From contig DCHO01000065.1 in the NCBI GenBank assembly GCA_002315655.1, positions 3,161 through 67,160 of the forward strand: a stretch of DNA of 64,000 nt, given 5' to 3'. The notes beneath the pieces are model-generated. The model saw only the letters and a list, made by a program, of their open reading frames with translations. It was not told where the DNA came from and searched no databases. The position numbers and the translations under genes are program-made. This document shows positions 43,932 through 53,605 of this stretch, piece after piece (positions within the stretch are counted from its first letter, which is position 1; each line of letters opens with the position of its first letter). The stretch is from Christensenella sp. UBA1750 (GTDB lineage Bacteria > Bacillota > Clostridia > Christensenellales > UBA1750).

Positions 43932-46900
43932 TTACTGCGCCTTGTAAAGCATCAGATTGCATGAGGAAGTCGCGGAGGTTGCGATACCAAATCCGCTGCT
44001 GTAGCGCAGGTAGAGGCTCTTGCGGCTGGCGGTGGCATAAAGGCGCGTGTAGCTGCCGGAGGTCTTGCGTTTCCATGCGGTCTGGGTGGAAGAGACCTTG
44101 AGCGTATATGAGATGGTGAACCAGTTAGAAGAGGTTGAGTAGGTCAGATAAGTGCCCGTGGACTTGTTTTTCAGCACATAGCCGTTGGAGGTGTTCCCCG
44201 TGATGATCCAGACGTAATTGTCCGAAACATTGGAAAGGGCACTGTTGGAGGCCGTGAGCTTGGTTGCGGTGATGCTGCCGTTGCTCACGCCCAGCGCGTA
44301 GCCGGAGGTGTTGGTGAGCACATATTCGCTGCCGGAATCGATGCCGTCCGTGTCCAAGGTAAAGGTGCTGCCATTCTTTTTCAGGGCAGCCTTGGCGTTC
44401 TCAATGGCGGTGACAGCCGCATTCACTTCGGTCTGCATAGCGCGGGCGTTGTCGTAGACGGTCTTTCCGTCCGTCATGGCTTGCTTGTAAGGGACGTAAG
44501 TCACGGCGGTGTAGTCGCTCTCGGCGAGGGTTTCATCCAGCAGCCTTTTCAGTGCTGTTTTGTCGGTGTTAAGAACATAGACGGCGTTTGCCTCATCCGC
44601 GGTGTTCTTTCCGAAGCTGCCCGTAATGGGGTCGGGGGTGTCGTAATTCTCGATGGGGTCAAGGATGACGGTGTAGGTCGTGCCGGTCTCGCCTTCCAGA
44701 AAAATATCCTCGCCTATCGTCTCTCCCGCATCATCTATCAGATGCACGGTGATGCTGCCGTAGGTCAGTTCCGCCAACGCATCTTTGGCATCGTTTATGG
44801 CCTTGACGGCTTGATCGACATCACCCTGCTTGGCCTTTGCGTTGTCATAGACCGCTTTGCCGGAAATAAGCGCGGCAGAATAGGGTGCGAAGCTTGCCGT
44901 TGTGTAGTCTGCGGCGGGCAGGGCTTCGTCCAGCAGGGTTTTCAGCGTGGATTTGTCGGTGTTGAGGACATAAACCAGCGTGAAAGAATCGTCCTTTGCG
45001 AAGGTGCCGGAGACGGCTTCGGGGGTGTCGTAATTGTCGATGGGCGCGGGCGTGAAGGCGTAGACCTCGCCCTTTTTGCCGCTCTGCGTTTCGTCCTCCG
45101 CCAGCTTGTCGCCCCAAGCATCGGTAAAGTGCACCGTCACGGTGTAAACCTTGTCGGTGAGTGCGTCCCTGGCATCGTTCAGCGCGGACAGTGCCTCGTC
45201 CACCTCGGTCTGGGTGGCGCGAGGTTTGTTGTAGACAGTCTTCGCGGCAGCCAGCGCGGCGGCATAGCCTTGGTAAGTTGCGTCGGTGTATTCGCCCTGC
45301 TCGGTGATGGCGGCATCCAGCGCGTTTTTCAGGGCATTTTTGTCGGTGTTTAAGTTATAAATGAGGGTGATCGTCCCGGTTACGTCCCCGGTGAATGTGC
45401 CGGACACGGGCTGCGGGGCAACATAGCCGTAAAGCGCCGGCGCATCCACGGTGTAGAGCGTGCCCTCCGCGCCGGAGATGGTGTAGGAATCCTTCAGGGT
45501 CTTTCCAACATCATCCACGGTGTAAACGGTGATAACCTGATGGGGGCTCTTAACCTTCACGGTGTAGAGGGTATCGCCGATGCCCACCTTGGTCTCTCCG
45601 CCTGACAGACCGGAAATGGTTATGGTAGTATAGGCTTTTCCTTCCACCCCGGGTGTGCCTTCGGCCACGGTGTAGGCCGCAGCGTACTTGGTGGAGGAGG
45701 TGGAGAGCTTAAAGCCGCTGCTGTAACAGAGGTAATAGGTGCTTGTGCGGCTCGAGAAGAAGCTCTTGGTGGAGGAGGAATAGTAGAAACCCTTGGAGGA
45801 CGAATAGCTCCATGTCGCGTTGGAAGTCGAGGTGGAGAGCCCTAAGCTGTTGTTGTTATGGCGCAGGTAGTAGCTGCCGGATTTTAAGTAAATGCTGCTG
45901 CCGGAGCCGGAGACCGACCAGACGGTCGCCTTGCTTGCATCGTTTGTGTAAGAGAGCGAAGACCCGCTGGCAGTGAGGAAATATTTGCTGCTACCGCTGA
46001 CATAGCCAATTAAGCAGGTGCTCCCCAGTGTTGTCTGCTTGGTGAGGCCGCCCTCCACGGCGGGTACAGCGGCAACCGTGGTGCCCTGAACGGTGACGGA
46101 GGCAATGGCTTCATCCAAGCGATCCTTTGTGTAAGCGGCTTCGTAATCGCCCGTTTCGTCCACAAAGGTGGTGCTTTCCCCGATGTCCAATTCGATGGTC
46201 TGTTGCTTTGCGTAGGCCTTGTAGACCGTCAGGGCAATGGGATAGGTCTTGCCAAGGTAGGAAACCGTAACGGTGGTTTCACCGGGCTTTTTAAGGGTGA
46301 TGCTGACAGTTCCGTTGTTTATGGAAGCCGCCGCAACCGATAAATTGCCCACGGAAACGGCAGGTGTGCCCTTGCTGCCCGCAAAACGTGCGGTCAGGGT
46401 CGTGCCTTCGTCGCCGGATAAGTTCAGCGCATCCAGCAGTTCTTCGCCGCCGTCAGGATCGACAAAGCCCGCTTTCTCCGGCTCGTCCGGCGCATCGGGG
46501 ATTTCCCCGCCGTTTACGGAGACGGAAGATATAGCGGTTTCCAGGCCGGAGGCGGTGGCGGTCAGCGTGATCGCCTCATCGCCTTCCCCTGCCTGCACAA
46601 TGACCAGCGCACGCCCTGCGTAGGCCGGGAGGCTTGCGGCGGTGTCGGAGGTGAGGACGGAAGGCTGCTGTCCCTTTTTCGTGGTGGCCTGATCGCCGTT
46701 GTCCACGGCAAGGATTTTTCCGCTGCCGGAAAGTGTGATGTTGATTGTCGGCTCTGCGGTGGTGTCAAAGATACCGTTTACATCGGTTATTTCCACATCA
46801 AAGTAGACAAGCTCGCCCGTATTTGCGGCACCCTTTTCAGCCGTGAGCCTGATCTTTGCCGCCGCGCCGGGAGTGGACACGGAAGTCTCGCCCGCGCAGG

Positions 46901-49900
46901 AATCGGTGATCTCTTTGCCGCTTTCGTCATAGGCCTTAGCCGAGATTATGCCGGAAGCATAGGTCACATTAAAGGTTGCATAGAGCGCGGTGGAGCCGCT
47001 GCCGGACACCGCTGTGCAGACGGAGGTGTTGTCGGAAGCGGTGGTGTAGGTTATGTAGGTATGCCCGGCGGCGGTCGTGTGCCTAGTGCCCGTGGCGGTA
47101 CCGATGAGGCTGCCGTTGCGGTACAGTTCGACCTTCGCGGCGTTGGAATAGATGACAACGGGCGTTTTGCCGTTTGTTGTGTACTGGTTGTCCGCATCCC
47201 AGGCGGTGACAAGGTGCAGGGTATTTTCCTTGGTGTTCCACTGGCTGCGGTAGAAGTAGAAGGTGTCCTTCACAAAGCCCGTGGTGTCCGCAATGCCGAA
47301 ATAGCTGCTGTTGGGCATCGCGCCGGAGCCGGTGACGGAGCCGCTGCCCGTGCCGTTGTAGGGCGTGGGTTCGCCTAAGTAGTCAAAGCCCGTCCAGACA
47401 AATTCGCCGGAAATATAGTCCTTGGTCAGCGTGTCATAAAGGGAAGCGTGGGCGGTCTTGCCCCAGCTCACGGCGGAGGTGTCGTAGGAGGTCAGGTGAT
47501 ATTCCCCATCCACCCCAGCGTTGTTGCTCTGGGACACATACACGTCACGGGAATTGGTGGCGGATGTGGTTTCGGAGGAAACCAGCGCGCCCCAATAGCT
47601 GTTCAGAGAGGAAAGCTGGGAAGAAGAAGCGTAGTTGAAGCCCACCACGCCGCCCGCGCTCTGCACAGCAGAGAGCACCTGCCCCATAACGGAGGTTTTG
47701 TCCGTGACGCGGGTGTTGTCTCCGATGGTGACAGGGCGTGAGGTGTCCTGCGCCTGCACATACGCAATCAGATTCTTCGCAATCGTCGGATAAGCGGAGC
47801 AGGAGGTCGAAGTTCCCTCGGTGATCTCGTTGCCTAACGACCACAGAATCACGCAGGGCGCATTGCGGTCACGCCGCACCATGGAGGTAATGGCGTACTG
47901 CGCGTATGTTTCGCCGCTCTCGGCACCCACAAGGCCGTTGTCGGCAGAGATCGTGGCGTTAAAGTATTTGGAGAAATCGTTGCTGTTGCCGTTCTTGGGC
48001 TGGCTCCACCCGTCAAAGGCTTCCTCAATGACCATGAGCCCCAATTCATTGCACAGAGCAATCAGGTTTTCGTCTGCGGGGTTGTGGGTGGTGCGGATGG
48101 CGTTGACGCCCATGTCCTTCATGAGACGCAACTGCCGCTCAATGGCATCGGAATACGCCGCAGCGCCCAGACCGCCCTGGTCGTGGTGGAGGCACACACC
48201 GTTGAGCTTCACGGTTTCGCCGTTTAAGGAGAAGCCCTTTGTGCCGTCAAACTCCGTCCAGCGGAATCCGAAATCGTCCGTGACCGCATCGACTTCCTTG
48301 CCGTCCACGGTCACAACGTTCTGCACGGTGTAAAGGTTCGGGTCATCCGTCGACCACAGAGCCGGGGAAGAAACCACCGCGCTTATGTCGGCAGAAACAG
48401 TGCTTCCCGCTTTGACGGTCACGCTCTTACTGCCGGAGGCAACGGGAACAGAGCTGTTCTTTCTGTAAATGTTAGCCGTGACGGTGACGGTTTTGTCCGC
48501 TGCGCTGTCATTGACGATCTCTGCGGAAACCTGCACCGTGCCCTTACCGGAAGCAATGTCCGGCGTGGTAACGGCGGTGCCATTCAGCGCAATATGCACA
48601 GGGTTTGCGGAAATGAGCGTCACATCGCGGTAAATGCCGCTGCCGGAATACCATCTGCTGGAAGGGATGTTGTTCACGGCCTTCACAGCGATCACATTAC
48701 TGCCGCTCTTTACATACTCGGTCAGATCGACGGCAAAGGCGGAATAGCCGTAGTGGTGCTCGCCCACATACTGCCCGTTGCAGTAAACATAAGCATCGGA
48801 ATACACGCCGTCAAAGTTCAGCAGGAAGGTTTTGCCGATTTCGCTTTCCTCCACGGAAAAACTCTTGCGGTACCAGCCCGTGCCGCCGGGCAGGAAGCCG
48901 GATTCCGCCTCGCCGGAGGTCGTGTAGCTCTGGGAAATAGAAAAGTCATGCGGCAGGGTCACGGAATCCCATGCGGAATCATCGAAGGAAGCAGCATAGG
49001 CATCGGACACATCACCTAAATGGAACTTCCAGCCGTCATCAAAGTTCACTTCCTCGCGGCTGCCGGAAAGTGCCTTCTCCCCCACCGCCGCGCCGGGCGC
49101 AATGGCGGAAATTAAGTATGTCGCAAAGTTCATCTTGCACAGGCAGTCATCCCCGCTGCCCCAGCCGTTTGTGTAATCCTCATACAGAATGGCAATGCTG
49201 CCGTCCTTGTTTTCCGTCAGCGCGGAGTAGCCGAACCGGTTCGCGGAATGGACGGACGGCACGCTCATGGAATAGGCAAAGTTCATGCTGCCGTCTTCAT
49301 CGACCAGACCGACAAAAATCTTACCGTTGACACGCGCCGTGCCGGCGGAGGAATTGCTGCCGGAAGCTTCGGAACCCGCAGGGCAGGAAATGAGGATTGC
49401 CTGCTTGCCGTCCAAGGTTTTGGAATAGGAAAGCGCGGATAACTGAGTGTTGGAGTTCACGGAGACGTTCGTGACAACGGGCGTGCTCCAAGCATAGCCG
49501 GAGGCGGAAGCCTTTGCATCGGCATAGCAGATTTTGCAGTTGTTGTTGCGGAAGAAGAAGCGCAGCGTGCCGTCGGCAAGCTCCACGCATTCGCTCTCGG
49601 AGCCCCAGTTGTAGGAAAGACTTTCGCTGCGCTGCCAGGTCGCGCCGGAATCCTTGGAGTAAATGAAGCTGACGCGCTGGCTTTCGTTGGAGCCGTTGTA
49701 AGAATACACGGGAAAAACAACGGTACCGTCAGCGGTCACAACGGAGTTGCCCGGGGCAACCAGACAGGCCATCTCGGAGGAGGTTTTGAGGTTTAATAGA
49801 GTCGGGGCAGACCACGATTTACCGCCGTCTGTGGACTTTGTAAGATACAGATAGCCTGTGCGCACGACCTTATAGGGCGAATCGGCGCAGAACAGGTTCG

Positions 49901-51593
49901 TGTCGCAATTTGTGCCCTTGATATTGAAGTGCTCATCCACCGTGTAGCCGGAAACAACCGTGCCGGAGCTATTACGGATGGTATAATCGGACAGATCGAG
50001 ATAATAGGAATAGGAGGTGCTGCTGCCGGCAGCGAGCTTCAGATTGCCGTTTCCGTCAAAGGCTAAGGATGTGGAGGGCGCGGTATTGCCGCTGCCGTTT
50101 AATGCCACACCGTAGGGGTAAAGGTCGCACAGCAAATAAACGGTGTCATTGCCGTCCACTGCCATGGCTGGGTCAATGAAAGCCGTGGAGGACGAACCGT
50201 TATACACATTTCCGTTGTCGCCCAAGTAATTGGCGAAAGCATACGTCCAGTTTTCTCCGCCGTCCTTGGAAACGCTCACCAGCGTGTCCAGTCCGCCGCC
50301 GTCATAAACGGTGTTCCAGCGGGCATCCGCCGCCGCGACCAGCGTTCCGTCGGATAAGGTCACAAGGGAGGGAATGCGGAAGGAGTTGCTGCCCGCCGTG
50401 CCCTGCGGGAAGGGATTGCCCTGCGTGGTCTTGGGCGTTTCCTGCCCCTTGCTCTCGGGCAGCGCGGAACCGAAGGCAGCAATCACGGCGGCGGTGTTCT
50501 TCACCACGTTTGTGTCGGTGTCCGCCTGGGGATAATCGCACCAGATGCAGAAGCACGCGCCGTAGGGGTCGGAAATGGTCGAACCCTGGAAGGAATTGAC
50601 ATTGAAGCCGGAGGCCTTCGTGGCGGTGCACTGCCAGTCGCTCTTGCCCAGCACCCAATAGTAGTCGCCGTGGGTGTTGACAACCTCAAAGCCGTAGGTG
50701 TTGTGCAGGGTGGAAGCGGACATAGGCGTGTAGCCCGACCAGCCGGAGGACCAGTAGAGAATCACAATATCGTTGTCAAAAGTGCCATAGGAGGTGGTGT
50801 TGTTGAAATAAATGCCGTCATTGAAGGCCATGGGGGTCATGCCCGCGTCCTTGATGATGGAAGCCAGACCGTTGACATAGGAGACGAAGGAGCCGTATTT
50901 GCGGCTGCTGATGAGGTTGCCGAAGCCCATGGAGCCGGAGGTGTATTTGTCGTTGGCGTACTCGTCCGAGCCCATGTTAAAGTAAGTGCAGCCTTTTTTC
51001 GCAAAATACTCCGCATACTTCTTAACCAGCGTCTGCGTAAAGGCCACGGCCGTGGAATTGGTCACATCCACCGTGCGGGCGGAACCGGCATACGCCACGT
51101 TGGAAAGGCCGCAGTATTCCATGCAGTCCACAATGGCGTCCATGTGCCCAGGGGTGTTGATGAGCGGGATGATGGAAATGCTCTTGGATTTGGCATAGGC
51201 CAGAATCTCATCCATTTCACTCTCGGTCAGCTCATCTACGGTAAAGTTGCTGTACGCTTCGTTGCCGCTATGCAGCCCTGCGGAAACCTGCGCGCTTGTG
51301 TAGGTCGTGCCGCCGACAGTCAGCGACAGATCATCCAGCAGGAAGCGCAGCCCGTCGTTGCCGATGCCCAGCTGCACATGGGTAAACCCGGCAGAGGCGG
51401 CATTGTCGATGATGCTCTTTAAGGAACTAACGGAGAAATACTTTCTGCCGCAGTCCACAAAAACGATCTTGATGAACGTGTCGTTGCCCGTGCTCCCGGA
51501 AGCCGCCACGGGCACCACACCGAGACCGAAAACGGTCGTCAGCGCCATCATGACCGCCAACATCCACGAAAGCACTCTCTTTCTCAGCTTCAT
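43932..51593 (-). CDS. secreted multi-catalytic glycosidase: GH20 (StrH-like beta-N-acetylhexosaminidase) + GH33 sialidase + GH2 (BgaA-like beta-galactosidase) + Ig-like/MucBP/FIVAR modules
   Basis: Signal peptide from the ATG at 51593 (GGAGGAG RBS). GH20: VDCGRKYFS, GNDGLRFLLDD, INTPGHMDA, FNMGSDEYAND. GH33: FRIPSLV plus Asp-boxes SKDGGENW, STDGGKSW, SKDSGATW. GH2: NAIRTTHNP, WSLGNE, EFVWTGFDYLGEP, DTFYFYRSQW. One uninterrupted 7.7-kb frame. Confidence 0.85.
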   Translation of the reverse strand: MKLRKRVLSWMLAVMMALTTVFGLGVVPVAASGSTGNDTFIKIVFVDCGRKYFSVSSLKSIIDNAASAGFTHVQLGIGNDGLRFLLDDLSLTVGGTTYTSAQVSAGLHSGNEAYSNFTVDELTESEMDEILAYAKSKSISIIPLINTPGHMDAIVDCMEYCGLSNVAYAGSARTVDVTNSTAVAFTQTLVKKYAEYFAKKGCTYFNMGSDEYANDKYTSGSMGFGNLISSRKYGSFVSYVNGLASIIKDAGMTPMAFNDGIYFNNTTSYGTFDNDIVILYWSSGWSGYTPMSASTLHNTYGFEVVNTHGDYYWVLGKSDWQCTATKASGFNVNSFQGSTISDPYGACFCIWCDYPQADTDTNVVKNTAAVIAAFGSALPESKGQETPKTTQGNPFPQGTAGSNSFRIPSLVTLSDGTLVAAADARWNTVYDGGGLDTLVSVSKDGGENWTYAFANYLGDNGNVYNGSSSTAFIDPAMAVDGNDTVYLLCDLYPYGVALNGSGNTAPSTSLAFDGNGNLKLAAGSSTSYSYYLDLSDYTIRNSSGTVVSGYTVDEHFNIKGTNCDTNLFCADSPYKVVRTGYLYLTKSTDGGKSWSAPTLLNLKTSSEMACLVAPGNSVVTADGTVVFPVYSYNGSNESQRVSFIYSKDSGATWQRSESLSYNWGSESECVELADGTLRFFFRNNNCKICYADAKASASGYAWSTPVVTNVSVNSNTQLSALSYSKTLDGKQAILISCPAGSEASGSNSSAGTARVNGKIFVGLVDEDGSMNFAYSMSVPSVHSANRFGYSALTENKDGSIAILYEDYTNGWGSGDDCLCKMNFATYLISAIAPGAAVGEKALSGSREEVNFDDGWKFHLGDVSDAYAASFDDSAWDSVTLPHDFSISQSYTTSGEAESGFLPGGTGWYRKSFSVEESEIGKTFLLNFDGVYSDAYVYCNGQYVGEHHYGYSAFAVDLTEYVKSGSNVIAVKAVNNIPSSRWYSGSGIYRDVTLISANPVHIALNGTAVTTPDIASGKGTVQVSAEIVNDSAADKTVTVTANIYRKNSSVPVASGSKSVTVKAGSTVSADISAVVSSPALWSTDDPNLYTVQNVVTVDGKEVDAVTDDFGFRWTEFDGTKGFSLNGETVKLNGVCLHHDQGGLGAAAYSDAIERQLRLMKDMGVNAIRTTHNPADENLIALCNELGLMVIEEAFDGWSQPKNGNSNDFSKYFNATISADNGLVGAESGETYAQYAITSMVRRDRNAPCVILWSLGNEITEGTSTSCSAYPTIAKNLIAYVQAQDTSRPVTIGDNTRVTDKTSVMGQVLSAVQSAGGVVGFNYASSSQLSSLNSYWGALVSSETTSATNSRDVYVSQSNNAGVDGEYHLTSYDTSAVSWGKTAHASLYDTLTKDYISGEFVWTGFDYLGEPTPYNGTGSGSVTGSGAMPNSSYFGIADTTGFVKDTFYFYRSQWNTKENTLHLVTAWDADNQYTTNGKTPVVIYSNAAKVELYRNGSLIGTATGTRHTTAAGHTYITYTTASDNTSVCTAVSGSGSTALYATFNVTYASGIISAKAYDESGKEITDSCAGETSVSTPGAAAKIRLTAEKGAANTGELVYFDVEITDVNGIFDTTAEPTINITLSGSGKILAVDNGDQATTKKGQQPSVLTSDTAASLPAYAGRALVIVQAGEGDEAITLTATASGLETAISSVSVNGGEIPDAPDEPEKAGFVDPDGGEELLDALNLSGDEGTTLTARFAGSKGTPAVSVGNLSVAAASINNGTVSITLKKPGETTVTVSYLGKTYPIALTVYKAYAKQQTIELDIGESTTFVDETGDYEAAYTKDRLDEAIASVTVQGTTVAAVPAVEGGLTKQTTLGSTCLIGYVSGSSKYFLTASGSSLSYTNDASKATVWSVSGSGSSIYLKSGSYYLRHNNNSLGLSTSTSNATWSYSSSKGFYYSSSTKSFFSSRTSTYYLCYSSGFKLSTSSTKYAAAYTVAEGTPGVEGKAYTTITISGLSGGETKVGIGDTLYTVKVKSPHQVITVYTVDDVGKTLKDSYTISGAEGTLYTVDAPALYGYVAPQPVSGTFTGDVTGTITLIYNLNTDKNALKNALDAAITEQGEYTDATYQGYAAALAAAKTVYNKPRATQTEVDEALSALNDARDALTDKVYTVTVHFTDAWGDKLAEDETQSGKKGEVYAFTPAPIDNYDTPEAVSGTFAKDDSFTLVYVLNTDKSTLKTLLDEALPAADYTTASFAPYSAALISGKAVYDNAKAKQGDVDQAVKAINDAKDALAELTYGSITVHLIDDAGETIGEDIFLEGETGTTYTVILDPIENYDTPDPITGSFGKNTADEANAVYVLNTDKTALKRLLDETLAESDYTAVTYVPYKQAMTDGKTVYDNARAMQTEVNAAVTAIENAKAALKKNGSTFTLDTDGIDSGSEYVLTNTSGYALGVSNGSITATKLTASNSALSNVSDNYVWIITGNTSNGYVLKNKSTGTYLTYSTSSNWFTISYTLKVSSTQTAWKRKTSGSYTRLYATASRKSLYLRYSSGFGIATSATSSCNLMLYKAQ
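44372..45539 (-). repeat. three tandem coding repeats of about 129 codons (MucBP-like beta domain plus FIVAR-like helical module) inside the giant gene
   Basis: Protein repeats (V/I)TV(Y/H)..D..G...........G..YT......NYDTP....G.F......YVLNTDK(N/S/T)(A/T)LK. At DNA level, 25-nt segments at 44633-44657 and 45020-45044 differ at one base and are 387 nt apart. Confidence 0.75.
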
Positions 51594-51728
51594 ATTCCGC
51601 TCCTCCATCCTCACAAAACGGACTATTTGCCCGTATATACTCTAACAATTATAGTATAACCCATTTGAAACAGAATGGAAACATCGCTGACCTAATTTTC
51701 GGGAAAATCTCCGCATTTTGCTGCCATA

Positions 51729-53351
51729 TCAGGCATTCTTTTCTCCAAGCAGATCGTGATAGTGCTTCCATCTTCCATAGATTTCATCGTACTGTTTCCC
51801 GTGTGCCGCGTCAGGCTCCACGGTCATGCACCCGGCAGAAGCCATGTTTTCGATGGCTTCTCCCATCTCCATTCCTCCGGCCATAGCACCCAAAATCGCC
51901 GAGCTGACCGCCGTGAGCAGCGTCTCCTCGGAGACCTCCACAGGTCTGCCCAGGACGGACGCAATCTGCCGCACCAAGAAGCCGTTTTTCAGCGGAATGC
52001 CGCCGCAGAGCACGATTTTGTCAAAAGGCAGTCCGTTTGCCGCAAAATGCTCCAAAATGATGCGGATGCTGCACGCAATCGACTGCACAAAGGCACAATA
52101 AAGGTCGGCGGTAGTGGTGGAAAGCCCCATGCCGAGTACGTTTCCGCGCAGCGCCATATTGTTAAGGACACAGCGGTTCCCGTTCCACCAGTCCAGTACC
52201 GTCACGGAATTGCTCCACGACTCTTTATCTGCCTGTTCCGACAGATATTCGTGAAGCCCTTTCCCCTTCGCTTCCGCCTGTGCGGAAATCTCGGAGGGCA
52301 CCATGGCTTTGCAGAACCAGTCCAGCATATCCCCCGCGCAGGGCGTTCCCGCGTCATACGACCACCTCCCCGGCACCATGCCGCCGAAGGTCACACCGTT
52401 GATGCCGCCGATGGTCATTTTTTCGTCAGAGGTGAAGGACATCGCCATAGAGGTGCCCACGGTGATGGCAATGGTTTTCGGCTCCTTTGCGCAGAAGTAA
52501 AGCCCCGGCGTGCTGCCGTCGCCCATGGGCACAGCCACGGGGATTCCCGCTTTCAGCCCCAAACGCTCTGCCGCAGCTTTCTTGAGAACTCCGCAGGGCG
52601 CGGAATAATCCGAGATTTCCCCCGCGAATTTCGCAAAGAAGGCCGCCGCAAAGCCGTCCGCCAGCGCGTCTAATTCATCCTTCTCCGGCCAGCCGGTCTT
52701 TTCGCTCCACAAGCCCTTGAACCCGGCGGAATACAGGCTGTGCACCTGCTTCCCGGTCAGCAGCAGCGCCAGCCATTCGCCCAGGTCGCAGAACCGCTCC
52801 GTCGCGTCAAAGACTGCCCTGTCCTCCTCATAGGTTTCCAGCAGCTTGGGCAGGGCATATTCGCAGTTGCAGGTTCCGGCATAGTTTTCAAGCACGGCAA
52901 ATTTGCCCTCGTTTTCGTATAGTGCCTGAATCCTGTCGGCCTGTCCCGCCGCCGCATGGTGCTTCCACAGCTTGATATAGGCCATGGGATGCTTTTCAAA
53001 CCCGGGAAGCTCGCTCACCACCGTGCCGTCCGATAGGCACGGCACCATAGTGTAGGCCGTAGCGTCAATGCCGATCCCGATGATTTCGTCAGGGCTTACG
53101 CCGGACTTCTCCAGCGCGCCCCGGATGCTTTTGACCAGCGCGTCCTTATAGTCCTGCGGCTCGGCCAGCGCCGCATCCGCGGGCAGCGGCGTTCCGTCCG
53201 GGAGATTCCCGGTAACGACCCCATGCGGGAAAATCGCAACGCTCTCCCCCATCACCTGCCCGCTTGCGCAGGACACCACCACCGCTCGGGCGGACAGCGT
53301 GCCGTAATCTATTCCAATGGCATATCCGTTCTTTTTCAGCATTTCCTTCAT
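51729..53351 (-). CDS. FGGY-family carbohydrate kinase (ribulokinase-like)
   Basis: N-terminal YAIGIDYGTLSARAV actin-fold phosphate-1 motif, GIGIDATAYT, and a length and pattern resembling AraB. GAGGGTGG RBS. Confidence 0.75.
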   Translation of the reverse strand: MKEMLKKNGYAIGIDYGTLSARAVVVSCASGQVMGESVAIFPHGVVTGNLPDGTPLPADAALAEPQDYKDALVKSIRGALEKSGVSPDEIIGIGIDATAYTMVPCLSDGTVVSELPGFEKHPMAYIKLWKHHAAAGQADRIQALYENEGKFAVLENYAGTCNCEYALPKLLETYEEDRAVFDATERFCDLGEWLALLLTGKQVHSLYSAGFKGLWSEKTGWPEKDELDALADGFAAAFFAKFAGEISDYSAPCGVLKKAAAERLGLKAGIPVAVPMGDGSTPGLYFCAKEPKTIAITVGTSMAMSFTSDEKMTIGGINGVTFGGMVPGRWSYDAGTPCAGDMLDWFCKAMVPSEISAQAEAKGKGLHEYLSEQADKESWSNSVTVLDWWNGNRCVLNNMALRGNVLGMGLSTTTADLYCAFVQSIACSIRIILEHFAANGLPFDKIVLCGGIPLKNGFLVRQIASVLGRPVEVSEETLLTAVSSAILGAMAGGMEMGEAIENMASAGCMTVEPDAAHGKQYDEIYGRWKHYHDLLGEKNA

Positions 53352-53605
53352 TATTTTTCCACCCTCATTTCAGTCCTATTTATATGGATAAGCTTTTCCG
53401 CTGTGCAATCATTTGATTTCCATTATACAGGCGGTCAGGCAATCACGCAACCGTTCGCCCGCTTCCTTCTTTGAAATGCCTGTTCAAGCGCTTGTTATTT
53501 TCGCTGTGTGTGCTATACTTGTGTTTGTCACAGACCGTTACGCTGATTTGACAAAACGCACATGAATTGTGCGGGGAAAACATACTGTGGAAAAGAGATC
53601 AAGAT

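Noticed and set aside
43600-44076. 88-aa and 69-aa minus-strand ORFs around the tRNA and terminators
   Set aside because: One lies antisense to tRNA-Leu and its terminator, and the other spans the terminator of the giant gene. Neither has an RBS.
44372-45539. A 387-nt periodic DNA repeat as a CRISPR or mobile repeat
   Set aside because: The periodicity is in-frame protein-domain duplication inside a continuous ORF. There is no spacer/repeat architecture.
43707-51614. Idea that the giant glycosidase gene is a tRNA-Leu-targeted genomic island
   Set aside because: There is no integrase, no recognisable direct repeat of the tRNA 3' end by eye, and no obvious GC shift in this gene. A proper repeat search was not possible here, so this remains unsupported rather than disproved.
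51615-51728. Promoter of the giant glycosidase gene (TATAAT-like element near 51650)
   Set aside because: A -10-like hexamer is present on the minus strand, but I found no convincing -35 element. It is left unannotated.
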